NCBI GenBank assembly: GCA_038204995.1
Contig: JBBRCH010000018.1
Location: 383 to 64,382, forward strand
Direction of reading: 5' to 3'
From: Bacteroidales bacterium
Lineage (GTDB): Bacteria; Bacteroidota; Bacteroidia; Bacteroidales; UBA4417
Length of the DNA stretch: 64,000 bases
Part shown: positions 8,937 through 19,498 of the stretch, in pieces
How positions within the stretch are numbered: position 1 is the stretch's first letter
Layout: each line of letters opens with the position of its first letter
Notes under the pieces: model-generated
The model's database searches: none
Seen by the model: the letters and a program-made list of their open reading frames with translations, nothing else
Told to the model about the DNA's origin: nothing
Made by a program: the position numbers and the translations under genes

Positions 8937-10157
8937 TCACGATCCCTTAGCCACTTCCTGCATCACCCGCATCAGATTTCCTCCCCAGATTTTTTTAATT
9001 TCTTTTTCGCTGTACCCGCGTTTCACGAGTTCTAGGGTGATATTTCCCATCTGGCTGACGTCCCTGCAACCTTCAACACCGCCACCGCCATCGAAATCAG
9101 TGCCTATACCCACATGATCGATGCCGGCAACTTTTACCATATGGTCGATATGATCAACTACATCACTCACGTTAGCCAACGGTTCAGGGAATAAATCGTT
9201 AATGGCATGCCAGTCCTTGCTAGCTACTTCCCATTGTTCATCGGTTAGGTCCTGGAAATTATTATATTTTTTGCGGACGGCTGCTCTTGCAGAATCGCGT
9301 TCGGGATAAGGAAGCGGTTTCTTTACATAATCACTCAGGATGCACATTTGCACAACGCCGTTATTAGCGGCCAGGGCACGGAGCATAGCATCGGTAAGGT
9401 TTCGCGGATTGTCGCAAAGCGCGCGCGAACAGGAATGCGATGCAATAACCGGAACTTTACTCAGTTTTATTACATCATAAAACGACTGGTCGGATACATG
9501 TGATATATCAATCATCATTCCCAAACGGTTCATTTCCTGAACCACTTTTATGCCAAAATCACTCAACCCGACTTTATTAGCCGTATCTGTAGAACTTGTG
9601 CAGATATCATTGTTTTTCGTGTGACAAAGCGTGATGTAACGTGCACCGCGGTCGTAAAGGTGTTTTACATTCGAGAGGTCATTCCCAATTGGATAACCGT
9701 TTTCAACACCTATAAAAACTACGCTTTTATTCTGCTTTGCCAGTTTGTACGCTTCTTTAGGAGCAGTAGCAATACCGCAGATATTGCTGTTGCGGCTGGT
9801 TGCGGCATGGATGGAATCAAAAATGATCTCCGCCTTGGCTTTTGATTTGGCATTGCCTTCAGCAGTCCTTGGTCCCTGGCTAGTAAATACAGCAAAGAAT
9901 ACTGCATCCAGCCCGCCTTTGCGCATGCGCGGAAAGTCAACACAACTATGTGGCAAAGTTATGCTGTTATCCTTAGCAACATCGAATGTATGGTTCGTAA
10001 AATTCATGGGCGCATCGGTATGCGAATCAACGGTAAAAGCGGCTTTGTGAATACGGGCAGCTTTTGCTTCGGGTTTGCTGCTGTTTTGAGCTGATATGGG
10101 TTGAAATGCCATCAGGCATGCGGAAAGCAGTAGAGTAAGTTTGAAAAGCAGTTTCAT
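8937..10157 (-). CDS. Membrane dipeptidase, peptidase family M19
   Basis: It has a signal peptide (MKLLFKLTLLLSACLMAF), the metal-binding DSHTD motif and GIGTDFDGGG. I placed the start at ATG 10157, where the signal peptide begins. The ORF is open to 10199. Confidence 0.88.
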   Translation of the reverse strand: MKLLFKLTLLLSACLMAFQPISAQNSSKPEAKAARIHKAAFTVDSHTDAPMNFTNHTFDVAKDNSITLPHSCVDFPRMRKGGLDAVFFAVFTSQGPRTAEGNAKSKAKAEIIFDSIHAATSRNSNICGIATAPKEAYKLAKQNKSVVFIGVENGYPIGNDLSNVKHLYDRGARYITLCHTKNNDICTSSTDTANKVGLSDFGIKVVQEMNRLGMMIDISHVSDQSFYDVIKLSKVPVIASHSCSRALCDNPRNLTDAMLRALAANNGVVQMCILSDYVKKPLPYPERDSARAAVRKKYNNFQDLTDEQWEVASKDWHAINDLFPEPLANVSDVVDHIDHMVKVAGIDHVGIGTDFDGGGGVEGCRDVSQMGNITLELVKRGYSEKEIKKIWGGNLMRVMQEVAKGS

Positions 10158-10205
10158 GAGGAAGATGTTAAATAATGAGGCAAATGTAATGATATTCAAT
10201 TATAC

Positions 10206-10802
10206 TTATGGTTTATTGCCTGTAAGTTGAATTACATCCGCAATCCCCTGGTGCAAAGGGCCTTCGTTAAGCTGAACCTGTGTTTCGGTTAATTTAAGTA
10301 TCGACAGATTTTTGAAATCAGTTGAAATCATTTCTCGGGTGAAAAGCAGCTCTGCATTTTTGGGCCCACCGCTTGCACGAGGTAATTGGTTGATTGTGAA
10401 GGCTTCAAGAATAAGTGTTCCGCCCGGTTTTAAAGCCTTGATGGCGGACTTATGAACCTGCTGACGCAATGCTTCAGGCAGATGTACAAATATTAGCGCG
10501 ATGCAGTTGTATTTTTCAGCTTCGGGATTCCAATCGCTGAGGGATTGAATAGTAAAATGTATAGCAACACTTTTTTGAGCAGCTAATTTCAGCGCTTTCT
10601 TTTGTCCTTCAACACTTTGATCGAAGGCATCCGTTTGCCATCCGAGCGAAGCGGCATAAACGGCATTGCGCCCTTCTCCTTCGGCAGGGAACAAAATTCT
10701 GCCTGGTTTCAACAACGCAAGCTGTTCTTTCAGAAAGTTATTTGGCTCAATTCCATAAATATATTCCTCACGCGCATAACGCTCATCCCATGGGTTCTGC
10801 AT
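10206..10802 (-). CDS. Class I SAM-dependent methyltransferase
   Basis: 198 aa. It has a motif I-like ILFPAEGEGRN and the pattern of small TehB/TPMT-like methyltransferases. Its stop is only 6 nt from the end of the downstream dipeptidase ORF, so the two are probably an operon. Confidence 0.78.
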   Translation of the reverse strand: MQNPWDERYAREEYIYGIEPNNFLKEQLALLKPGRILFPAEGEGRNAVYAASLGWQTDAFDQSVEGQKKALKLAAQKSVAIHFTIQSLSDWNPEAEKYNCIALIFVHLPEALRQQVHKSAIKALKPGGTLILEAFTINQLPRASGGPKNAELLFTREMISTDFKNLSILKLTETQVQLNEGPLHQGIADVIQLTGNKP

Positions 10803-10862
10803 AATCGTTTTTTAAACCTTTGACCTTTCAATAAATAATTCCGCAACAGCAAGCAACAAACT

Positions 10863-13004
10863 TTACTCGACAACAATCTCATCCACAAAAAGCCAGCACT
10901 TATTCCCTGCACCCGGATGCCATGCCGGGCATGTTCCCTGGTTAAGTGCTGTTACTTTCATGAACCTTATTTTCCCTTTTACAGAGAATAAAAGCGGTTG
11001 AATCACCCTGCCCTTGATTTCCTTTTCGGAACTGAAACTGTTTTCTCCCAATTTCCGGTAAGTAATCCCATCTTCCGAAACCTGCACGGTAACCTTTTTA
11101 GGTAAAAATATCCAGGTATTGTTGTCCGACAGGAAATTGCATTTTATTTTTTTAAGCTGTAAAGTATTACCCAGGTCGATGACCACATCCAGATCATTAC
11201 CCTCAAATCCCTGCCAGCTTCCGTCATCAAATCTTTCTGATCCGATAATACCGTCAAGCAAAGCCAGTTTGCCATTTGCTGCAAATGAGTGCGACCAGTC
11301 TGACTGGTAATTGATTTCAGCACCGGAAGCTTTATTGATAATAATATTCCATTTACTGCTGTTCTCTGATAAAAAGCCATCCCGTGAAACGGTTGCATAC
11401 AAGGTGCCGGGTTTATCAGCAGGGATCGGCCTCAGGAAACGGGGTGAATTTTTGGTTGGCAGTTTATTGAAATCATAATAAATGTCCGTTTCCCGGGCTT
11501 TGGTCGAAAGCTCGTAGGTTAATTTTTTTGTACCGGGGTCAATCATGGCTTTTAAAACGGCATTTTCAGTAATAACATCCCAGTTGTCGGTTCTGAATGA
11601 CGGTGCCGGCAATCCTTCACTATTGAAAAGAGTAGCTATTGCTGTATTTGTAAAAGCGTACCTGACTGCTTGAGGCTGTTTTACTTTTGGTGATGAAACC
11701 TGGAGTAAAGCTCCCTGTATTTTTACTGTTGCCGGGTAAAATACCCTGTCGGCGCCCGCAATTGTGAAGTTATTATTCTTAGTGTCTGCAAGTTTTAATC
11801 CTCCGTCAGCATGGGAAAATGAAAGGATGATATGGCTATCTTCGGTTTTCATTTCCTTATAAACCGGACCGGAGGAGCTGGCTTCGGTTTTCCCGTAAGT
11901 TTTATCCAGAGCCCGCAATGCCAAACGTTTTCCGACATCAAGTTTGTTTTTAGGATGAATATCGGTTACATCACCGGCAATATCCATGGTAACCGCCATG
12001 CCGGTATTTGGTATCGAAAGGCATTTCAGCTGGGCTTCACGCATTAAAGCGCCTGAAAATGGTTCCTCGTAAGTGTACGGAGCGATCTGAACATAATAAA
12101 ACGGGAAATCGCTCACACCCCATGCTTGGCGCCAGGAAGTGATCATGGTTTTCATCAGTTCAGGATAGAGTTTTGCATCCATCCTGTTCGACTCACCCTG
12201 GTACCAGATGGCTCCTTTAATGGTATAGTTGATCAGCGGATGAATCATGGCATTGTAAAGCACGCCCGGAGTTCCCGGCCACCAGATGCTTCCGTTGAAA
12301 TGATTCAGATAAAATCCAAGATCAGGTTCGGCTTTTATGCTTTCAACAGGTGTCCATACTTCGGCCGGGGTACCGCCCCAGGCCGTGGCTATCAGTCCAA
12401 TAGGCACACCAAGCTGTTTATTTAGGTATTCGCCGTAAAACCAGGCTGTTGCACTAAAATCATTTACGCTGGTGGTATCTGCTGTTGACCAGTTTCCTTT
12501 GCATGCATCAAGCGGAACTGCAGAAGTGTCTTTCTGAACAGTAAACATTCTTACCCCGGAATACATTCCGCTTGCAACCTCAGTGGCAACTTCAGGTTTA
12601 TAATTTTTCCAGCCACCCAGACCGCGCATGGTAAAATCCATATTCGACTGTCCCGAGCAAACCCACACTTCACCAATCATCACATTTTCGATCACTATGG
12701 AATAATCTCTTCCAGAAAGAGTCATTTCATAAGGGCCTCCGGCAGCGGGTGTTTTAATAGTTGTCTTCCACTTGCCGTCAGCAGACGTAAGGGCTGAAAC
12801 GGGGGAGTCCTGCCAGTTTGCCAGGATGCTTATGTTTTCGCCGGCATCGGCCCAGCCCCATAAGTTAATTGTGGCATTTTGCTGCAAAACCATATTGTTA
12901 CCGATCAGTGCAGGAAGTTTAATTGCAGCATGTACCGAAAGAGAGGAAGCTAATCCGACCAATAGCAACAAGCCGGTTATCTGCCTGAAAACAAATCTTT
13001 TCAT
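10863..13004 (-). CDS. Sialate O-acetylesterase-like SGNH esterase with C-terminal discoidin-like domain
   Basis: 713 aa with a signal peptide. It has VWVCSGQSNM and AIWYQGESN motifs of the SASA/DUF303 esterase family. The last ~150 aa resemble an F5/8 type C carbohydrate-binding module. Confidence 0.85.
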   Translation of the reverse strand: MKRFVFRQITGLLLLVGLASSLSVHAAIKLPALIGNNMVLQQNATINLWGWADAGENISILANWQDSPVSALTSADGKWKTTIKTPAAGGPYEMTLSGRDYSIVIENVMIGEVWVCSGQSNMDFTMRGLGGWKNYKPEVATEVASGMYSGVRMFTVQKDTSAVPLDACKGNWSTADTTSVNDFSATAWFYGEYLNKQLGVPIGLIATAWGGTPAEVWTPVESIKAEPDLGFYLNHFNGSIWWPGTPGVLYNAMIHPLINYTIKGAIWYQGESNRMDAKLYPELMKTMITSWRQAWGVSDFPFYYVQIAPYTYEEPFSGALMREAQLKCLSIPNTGMAVTMDIAGDVTDIHPKNKLDVGKRLALRALDKTYGKTEASSSGPVYKEMKTEDSHIILSFSHADGGLKLADTKNNNFTIAGADRVFYPATVKIQGALLQVSSPKVKQPQAVRYAFTNTAIATLFNSEGLPAPSFRTDNWDVITENAVLKAMIDPGTKKLTYELSTKARETDIYYDFNKLPTKNSPRFLRPIPADKPGTLYATVSRDGFLSENSSKWNIIINKASGAEINYQSDWSHSFAANGKLALLDGIIGSERFDDGSWQGFEGNDLDVVIDLGNTLQLKKIKCNFLSDNNTWIFLPKKVTVQVSEDGITYRKLGENSFSSEKEIKGRVIQPLLFSVKGKIRFMKVTALNQGTCPAWHPGAGNKCWLFVDEIVVE

Positions 13005-13607
13005 ATCGGGTATTTTTGTGCAAATCTAAGATTATTACGTGTACCGAAGCAAACGATTACTGCAAAAATTCCCATATTTAATCACTGGTTCCTTTGTGAT
13101 CAGTGATGATGAATGGGAAAGAACCGGAGTATCAGATATTGATATTATTAGCAAAAAAGCCATGTCGGACGTATATATACCCCGAGCTGGCCTGCGTCTC
13201 CCGACGTGTGACGTTATCAATTTTAACAGCTATGCATATTTTATATCTGCCTGGCATATTGTTACTGTTAAAAACAATGGTCTGTATTTAAGCATGAGTC
13301 TGGAGATGCTCGCTAGCCAAAGCACGCGAACCGGGGTTAGAAAACGAAACGCGGGATTTAGCGATAAAAAATTCAAGGTTTGAAAAGATTAAATGGAACT
13401 TTTTATCCTGTTAAATGTTATCTATATATTGACCTATAGAAAATTTAAGGAATCATCTCCGGGTTGGAATCATCTCAAAGTTTTGAATTTGAAAATCTGA
13501 TATAAAACTTAAATAAATAGGTTCGCTGAATTGTTTCTGGCTCTGGGTATTTTATCTGAGGCACTCAGCATTCTGTTCAAAGTCAAAATCTAACATTAAA
13601 ATGAGCT

Positions 13608-13997
13608 ATGCACACAAATATATACGGCGAAAAGTTATTACCCTGCAGCACAAGCCCCATGACCGGCTATTACCGCAATGGCTGCTGCGATACCGAAAGC
13701 GATGACCCGGGAGTACATTCTGTATGTGTTATGGTTACAAAAGAATTTCTGGAATATTCAAAAAGCATTGGCAACGACCTTATTACTCCCATGCCCGAAT
13801 GGGATTTCCCCGGTTTGCTGCCTGGCGATCGCTGGTGTCTGTGCGCTTCGCGATGGGTTGAAGCCTGGAAAGCCGGTATTGCACCGCAGGTAGTTCTCGA
13901 AGCAACACACGAAAAAACGCTGGAACTTATTCCGCTCACTGAACTGGTGAAGTTTGCTTATAAAAGTAATCAGGCGGAAAACACAGAACCGGTATAA
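13608..13997 (+). CDS. DUF2237 family protein
   Basis: 129 aa. YGEKLLPCSTSPMTGYYRNGCCDT ... GVHSVCV ... PGDRWCLCASRW is the characteristic Cys pattern of DUF2237. Confidence 0.8.
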   Translation: MHTNIYGEKLLPCSTSPMTGYYRNGCCDTESDDPGVHSVCVMVTKEFLEYSKSIGNDLITPMPEWDFPGLLPGDRWCLCASRWVEAWKAGIAPQVVLEATHEKTLELIPLTELVKFAYKSNQAENTEPV

Positions 13998-14202
13998 AAG
14001 GTTATAATCCTTCTGAAATAAAAAGGAATTCTTTCTTAATAAACTGTATGAAATTCTCAAAAAGTATACTCCCCGGATTTTACTGGTAAGCGCTTAACAA
14101 AACCGAGGTAACACTGCTGTAACTTATTCTGCTGCTGCTGCGTCTTATAAAATTAGTATGTTCCATTTTCTTATTTTTATTAACCCCCCAAAAAGAAGAC
14201 CT

Positions 14203-16116
14203 ATGTTTAAACCAAAACTTATCCTGTTTTCCGGCCTGGCGCTGGTAATGCTTGCCTCGTGCAACCCTAAGGAAAAAGCCAGGATGCCGAAACAATTCAC
14301 CATTGAACAGCTTTACAACAACCTTGCCGTAGGAGCTGCCGGATTTAATGCCGATGAAACAAAGATTCTGGTTCATAACAATTCAACAGGCATCTTTAAT
14401 GTTTACGAATTAAGTGTTTCGGATACTACTTTTAAACCTTTGACGCGTTCAGCCAAAGATTCATATTTTGCCGTAGATTACCTGCCGGGATCCGACAAAT
14501 TTATCTTCGATGCCGATCAGGGTGGAAATGAAAATTCGCATCTGTACCTGATGAGCCCGGGTGATACCTCCGCCAGAGACCTAACTCCATGGACCGGCAG
14601 TACCAATAGTTTTGCAGGATGGAGCGACGACAAAAAATCCATGTATGTATCCAGCAATAAACGTAACCCTCAGTTTTTTGACATCTGGAAACTGGATATA
14701 GCCACCTGGACTCCTGTTCTTCTGTATGAAAACAATGAAGGATATAATCCTGCCGATATCAGCAAAAGCGAGCGCTATGTTGCCTTAACAAAAAGTATAA
14801 CAACCGATAAAAACGAGTTTTATCTGTACGACCGAACCACTAAATCGATGAAGCGCCTCAGCAACGATAACGAGGCAGTATGGAATCCGAGTGGTTTTGA
14901 AAGGAATGATAGTATACTATACTATACCACAAACGATGGTAACGAATTCAGTTTCCTGGTGAAGTACAACATAAACAGCGGCAAAGCAGAGAAAGTTTTT
15001 GAGGATAAATGGGATGTTGCGGGGATGAACCTGAGCGAGAATGAAAAATATCATACCATTTTTATCAACGAAGATGGTAAGAACAAGGTGCTGCTTTTCG
15101 ATCACGCAAACAACAAACCAATCAGTTTCCCCGATATTAAAGATGGTGATGTGTTGGGTGTAATCATTTCGCCAAGTGAGAAAAATCTTTTGCTTACTGT
15201 TGGCAGCAGTACCAGCCCGGCGAACTTATACTTGTACAATATGGATAGCAAGAATCTCAAACAGCTCACTTCGACGCTTAATCCGGAAGTGGATCAAAAC
15301 GACCTGGTGCGGGCTGAAGTTGTCAGGTTTAAATCCTTTGATGGAATGGAAATTCCGGCTATTTATTACAAACCGCTTCAGGCGCGTAAAAAAGACAAAG
15401 TCGGTGCTTTGGTTTGGGTTCATGGCGGACCTGGCGGACAGAGCAGGGTAGGTTACAGCAACTCAATACAATATCTTGTAAATCATGGATATGCAGTTCT
15501 TGCCGTTAACAACCGCGGCAGCAGCGGCTATGGCAAAACCTTTTATAAAATGGATAACAAGGATCACAGCAACGGCGATTTAATGGATTGTATCTATGGT
15601 AAGAAATGGCTGGCTGAGCAGCGCTATATCGACAGCACAGCTATAGGAATTTACGGTGGAAGTTATGGTGGCTGCATGGTATTGAGTGCCCTGGCCTTTC
15701 ATCCTGACGAATTTAAAGCAGGTGTTGATTTATTCGGAGTTGCCAACTGGATGCGAACGCTCAAGAGTATTCCGCCCTACTGGGAATCGTTCCGTAAAGC
15801 GCTTTACGATGAAATGGGTGATCCATATACTGCCGACAGTGTTATGTTAAAAAAGACTTCACCTTTGTATAATTACGAAAAAATAACAAAACCGCTGCTT
15901 GTTTTCCAGGGTGCCAATGATGTGCGCGTTTTACCGGTCGAAAGCGATGAAATAGTTGAAGGCGTTAAGGAAAACGGCGTCCCCGTGGAGTATGTGGTAT
16001 TCCCTGACGAAGGGCATGGATTTGCGAAAAAGGAAAATCTTATCACAACGTCAAAACGAACTCTTGAGTTTTTGGATAAATACCTGAAACCTAAGCTTCA
16101 GGCGAATGCGAAATGA
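14203..16116 (+). CDS. S9 family serine peptidase (prolyl oligopeptidase/dipeptidyl peptidase type), lipoprotein
   Basis: It has a lipoprotein signal (LVMLASC), an N-terminal propeller-like region and a C-terminal alpha/beta hydrolase domain with the GGSYGG nucleophile and DEGH. The start is set at ATG 14203. The ORF is open from 14158. Confidence 0.9.
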   Translation: MFKPKLILFSGLALVMLASCNPKEKARMPKQFTIEQLYNNLAVGAAGFNADETKILVHNNSTGIFNVYELSVSDTTFKPLTRSAKDSYFAVDYLPGSDKFIFDADQGGNENSHLYLMSPGDTSARDLTPWTGSTNSFAGWSDDKKSMYVSSNKRNPQFFDIWKLDIATWTPVLLYENNEGYNPADISKSERYVALTKSITTDKNEFYLYDRTTKSMKRLSNDNEAVWNPSGFERNDSILYYTTNDGNEFSFLVKYNINSGKAEKVFEDKWDVAGMNLSENEKYHTIFINEDGKNKVLLFDHANNKPISFPDIKDGDVLGVIISPSEKNLLLTVGSSTSPANLYLYNMDSKNLKQLTSTLNPEVDQNDLVRAEVVRFKSFDGMEIPAIYYKPLQARKKDKVGALVWVHGGPGGQSRVGYSNSIQYLVNHGYAVLAVNNRGSSGYGKTFYKMDNKDHSNGDLMDCIYGKKWLAEQRYIDSTAIGIYGGSYGGCMVLSALAFHPDEFKAGVDLFGVANWMRTLKSIPPYWESFRKALYDEMGDPYTADSVMLKKTSPLYNYEKITKPLLVFQGANDVRVLPVESDEIVEGVKENGVPVEYVVFPDEGHGFAKKENLITTSKRTLEFLDKYLKPKLQANAK

Positions 16117-16137
16117 TTGATTATAAAAAGTAGAAAG

Positions 16138-16168
16138 TGGCCGGTGATAAACCGGCCATTTTTTATTT
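16138..16168 (+). terminator. Rho-independent terminator of the S9 peptidase gene
   Basis: The hairpin tggccggt-gataa-accggcca (8-bp GC-rich stem) is followed by TTTTTTATTT, 22 nt after the stop codon. Confidence 0.75.
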
Positions 16169-16254
16169 GCAGGGTTTGCTGATTACCTGCACTTTTTCAA
16201 TTAACTGATGTAAAACTATAAATTTCACCCTCAATGCATGCAGTGTATAGTTTA

Positions 16255-16329
16255 TACCGTTATGAAATTCATAATAGTCCATCTTGAAAAATACCGGGAG
16301 AACTAAACGAATTTCTGATTGGTATTACC
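16255..16329 (-). repeat. Dispersed palindromic element, copy C (hairpin core only, inverted orientation)
   Basis: The reverse complement aligns with the cores at 25625-25690 and 57640-57707 (shared string ggactattatgaattt). Its end overlaps the stop codon of the GyrI-like gene (16325-16327). Confidence 0.8.
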
Positions 16330-16810
16330 TCCTGATGCTAATCGGGATCCAAAATTCCTCTTCCGAATCCGGGTCGTTATTTTTATATTTTTCTCCCATT
16401 ATTTCAAAGTGAGGCCTGTTATCCAGCATGTAGCCGGAATCTGGCAACCATGTTCCGAAGATGTATTTAAAAGTGTCAGAAGCAGACCTTGGATCACCTT
16501 TATAAGTATATACCGCAAAATGCCCGCCTTTCAAAATACAGGTTTCCATATCATAGGGAATATGGCTGAAGTCTGAAACTTCAATGGCTGCCCATTTTTC
16601 AAATTTGGTTTCGGAGTTAAAACTTTCTATAGCCTTTATGCTATCATATATCTCAACGGAGAATAAATCGGGAGAAACAGAGTTTGTAATCTCTTTTCGT
16701 TTTGACATAAAACTTTGCCATAGTTCTACAGTCCGGTTTTCGGATAATGTAGTCCTGATCCTTTTTCCAACCAGCTTTTTATCGTCTATAACTTCAATCC
16801 GGGGTTCCAT
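16325..16810 (-). CDS. GyrI-like small-molecule-binding domain protein
   Basis: About 161 aa, starting MEPRIEVIDDKKLVG. It has the two-repeat GyrI/SOUL-like pattern ending with EFWIPI. The ORF is open to 16828. Confidence 0.72.
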   Translation of the reverse strand: MEPRIEVIDDKKLVGKRIRTTLSENRTVELWQSFMSKRKEITNSVSPDLFSVEIYDSIKAIESFNSETKFEKWAAIEVSDFSHIPYDMETCILKGGHFAVYTYKGDPRSASDTFKYIFGTWLPDSGYMLDNRPHFEIMGEKYKNNDPDSEEEFWIPISIRR

Positions 16811-17032
16811 AAAAATAATCTTGATCAATTAAATATATCAGCATACAGCTGGAATTACTATATCGGTGGATCTTTAAAGGAATGAAAAGGAGCCAGATAC
16901 CTTTGGGCGCGGTCACTTTGTTATAGGAAAGACTTCACTTCTGCTGCAGTATGGCCTTTCCTTCTCGATTAAAAAGCGAATCAGAATAAGCATATCCGAC
17001 ATTCGGGTGTAGCCGGATTTGCTGCTAGACTG

Positions 17033-17536
17033 CTATTTACTTACTTTTTTATATTGTCTTTGAGTTTTTTCAGGGGCATCAGCCGGATAAGTGATGTAAG
17101 TAATTTCTAAAATCTGATCATGGATAGTAAACCTGCAGTTGTCAAATAATTGCTGGTCTGTTAGCTGTGTTTGGGGTTGCCCGCCATAAAAGCTATCCCA
17201 TGAAGTCACTTTATGAGAGATGAAATCCAGTGAATCTCCATCCCGGGTGTACTTTCCAACGAACTCAAACCATCCTGATAAGTCGTTTTGACCCTGTCCG
17301 CTATAAATACCATAGGAACTGGTTTTTGAAGAAAAAGTTGAATCTATGTTAAAAGTAAGCTGGTTTGTGTAACAACTCCCGGGCTGTGCCATAATCGTTT
17401 CAAGCCACGTGCCTGTCAGCATGGAACCGTTTTCATTTGGGAAATTGTTATCGTCTTTTTTACACGACACAATTAATACTATAATCAACAGGAAAGCTGA
17501 AATTCTTATAGGCAGTATCATCCTGAAATTGCTCAT
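17033..17536 (-). CDS. Hypothetical lipoprotein
   Basis: It has a lipoprotein signal MSNFRMILPIRISAFLLIIVLIVSCKKDD when started at ATG 17536. The ORF is open to 17620. I recognised no family. Confidence 0.6.
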   Translation of the reverse strand: MSNFRMILPIRISAFLLIIVLIVSCKKDDNNFPNENGSMLTGTWLETIMAQPGSCYTNQLTFNIDSTFSSKTSSYGIYSGQGQNDLSGWFEFVGKYTRDGDSLDFISHKVTSWDSFYGGQPQTQLTDQQLFDNCRFTIHDQILEITYITYPADAPEKTQRQYKKVSK

Positions 17537-17735
17537 TCCAATATTTTTTTTATGTTCAGATAAAGGTTGAAAATAAGTATAAAAGGTTGCATGATGTTTG
17601 ACCCGCCTGTAGTATTCCATTGTAACAATATGTCTGGGAAAGAGACTTCCGGACCTTCCGGCATATACAAATCAGCAATGAAAGAGTGAGTGCTTTTATA
17701 TGTAAAATAATTGTTTGTACAGATTGATACCTAAT

Positions 17736-17760
17736 AAAAAAAGGCGGGGTAACCCGCCTT
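17736..17760 (-). terminator. Rho-independent terminator downstream of the 17865-18440 gene
   Basis: The minus strand reads aaggcggg-ttac-cccgcctt followed by a T-run. Confidence 0.72.
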
Positions 17761-17864
17761 GCATATCTTAAAACCCATTTTACGTATTCTATCAGATTAA
17801 GTGCATCACTTTATGAAGTAATCTGAAAATAATTCACAAAAATAATGGATACACAAGCTGCATA

Positions 17865-18440
17865 TTAATTCCTCTTGTGAGCCGGATTTGCCGACTTCTT
17901 AAAGTCAGTATAATATCCCTGGCTTCCTTTGTAGTAATCCGAAATATCCTTGTTGTTGGCATCTTTACCGGTAAAGGATAATTCGTATACAGCCCCGCTG
18001 TTAATCACTTTAACAGTTCCGGAATTAAATTCCATATAATCGGGACTGTAGCTCACTGGAGAATTCCAGTTCAACGCATAGGATCCGTAATAAAATGATC
18101 CTGCCAGTTCGCTGTCGCTGTATTGATAATCGCCAGGTGTAAGCTTATCACTACCTGAAGTAAGCAATTCAATGGAAATCACGTTTCCTGTGCCTGATGC
18201 GGAATCCGGTATTCCATTCACCAGATGTGCAGTAATACCTGATGATATAAGTACCAGACCCATGTTGGAGACAGAATTTTTGTTGCCATTGTTTAGAATA
18301 AATCCTTTGGACATATCATATTCGGTGCCATCAACTTTCAGGAAATTCCTGGTAGTGTCATTTTTACTGTCTTTTTTACAGCTGGCTGCAGCCAGTATGA
18401 TCAGTATAAAAGTGGCTAAAAGGAGGAGATTTGTTTTCAT
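17865..18440 (-). CDS. Hypothetical lipoprotein
   Basis: 191 aa with signal MKTNLLLLATFILIILAAASCKKD. The rest is beta-rich, and I recognised no family. Confidence 0.65.
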   Translation of the reverse strand: MKTNLLLLATFILIILAAASCKKDSKNDTTRNFLKVDGTEYDMSKGFILNNGNKNSVSNMGLVLISSGITAHLVNGIPDSASGTGNVISIELLTSGSDKLTPGDYQYSDSELAGSFYYGSYALNWNSPVSYSPDYMEFNSGTVKVINSGAVYELSFTGKDANNKDISDYYKGSQGYYTDFKKSANPAHKRN

Positions 18441-18803
18441 TTCTTAAAGTTTCAATTTTAGCCTACTCTGTATGCTTTTCGGCAGCCGCATTTTAATGTA
18501 TATATTCTGAAATTAAAGCAATATCAACGAATCCATAGCATTAATATACTAATAAATCAAATGGTATCGTTCGGAGCTTACCTGTATACTGGTGCTTTGT
18601 ATGGGCTATTCCTTACTGAGAAAGAAACACATTTCAGATTTTACATATGTTAAATAACCGGCAAGATGTATACGTTCATTCCTGCAATTTATATTTATTC
18701 TTATTGCATGATAGGAACCAAACTCCGGTGTCCGGAGGTTTTCATTTGTATAAAATAAAGCGGATAAGGATAAAAAACTGAGAGACTGAATCGTTACCGG
18801 TTT

Positions 18804-19334
18804 CTATGTTTTTTGGACAGGCCGTTTGTGTAAAGGTAAGGCAGTCAAATGAGCTATGGCTTCCGAGCCCAGATCTCCTTCGCTGCTGAGAGCCCATACA
18901 AATAGTGCTTTTAAGGGATGCTCATTACGTATTTTTTCAATTGCATGGAGTGTAAGCCACTTCGCAATTCCTTTTCGGCGGTATTCATCCAATACCATGG
19001 CTGAGCAGAGGTACAAAGCCTCATAGCTTATTCCGGGTGAAGTAAGTTCGAAGAGTTCCTTTTCCGAGATTTTATTTTCCAGGAACTTGTTCATTAAATC
19101 CAGTGTAGTAGGAATCAGCAGAACCCATGCAACAGGTCCGTTTCCATCGTCGTATTCCGAAACCGTCGCAGGATGCAACCGTTGCAGGCGCTCTATAACT
19201 TCCTGGTTTACATCAAGCTGATCGGGGTCATTTTTGGAGGCAAAAACTTCGTCAGCCAGTTGTATCATTCGCTCAAAATTGCTTGATGGCATGGGTTGAA
19301 AGTATAAATTTGAATGTGATGAGTTGTTACTCAA
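18804..19334 (-). CDS. Hypothetical protein, possibly GNAT-like acetyltransferase
   Basis: LCSAMVLDEYRRKGIAKWL resembles GNAT motif A (R-x-x-G-x-A). An alternative ATG lies at 19292. A possible hairpin ctccgg-tgt-ccggag lies downstream at 18723-18737. Confidence 0.45.
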   Translation of the reverse strand: MSNNSSHSNLYFQPMPSSNFERMIQLADEVFASKNDPDQLDVNQEVIERLQRLHPATVSEYDDGNGPVAWVLLIPTTLDLMNKFLENKISEKELFELTSPGISYEALYLCSAMVLDEYRRKGIAKWLTLHAIEKIRNEHPLKALFVWALSSEGDLGSEAIAHLTALPLHKRPVQKT

Positions 19335-19498
19335 AATGGTAGTAATGTGATTTTTTCTGCGAATAGTTTCAAATTATGTGTAATATAATCCTATGAAGTA
19401 TCAGTAGGGGTGCCGATTAGCAAACTGTTATAATGCAAATTCTCAGCTTTCAACTTTTAATTCCATCCGGTTAATCTACTTTACGTCAGTACTTTATA

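Noticed and set aside
13039-13383. 114-aa ORF in the 600-bp spacer upstream of the DUF2237 gene
   Set aside because: It has no motif, no signal and an odd composition. The region is more likely a divergent promoter region. I also could not support a structured RNA there.
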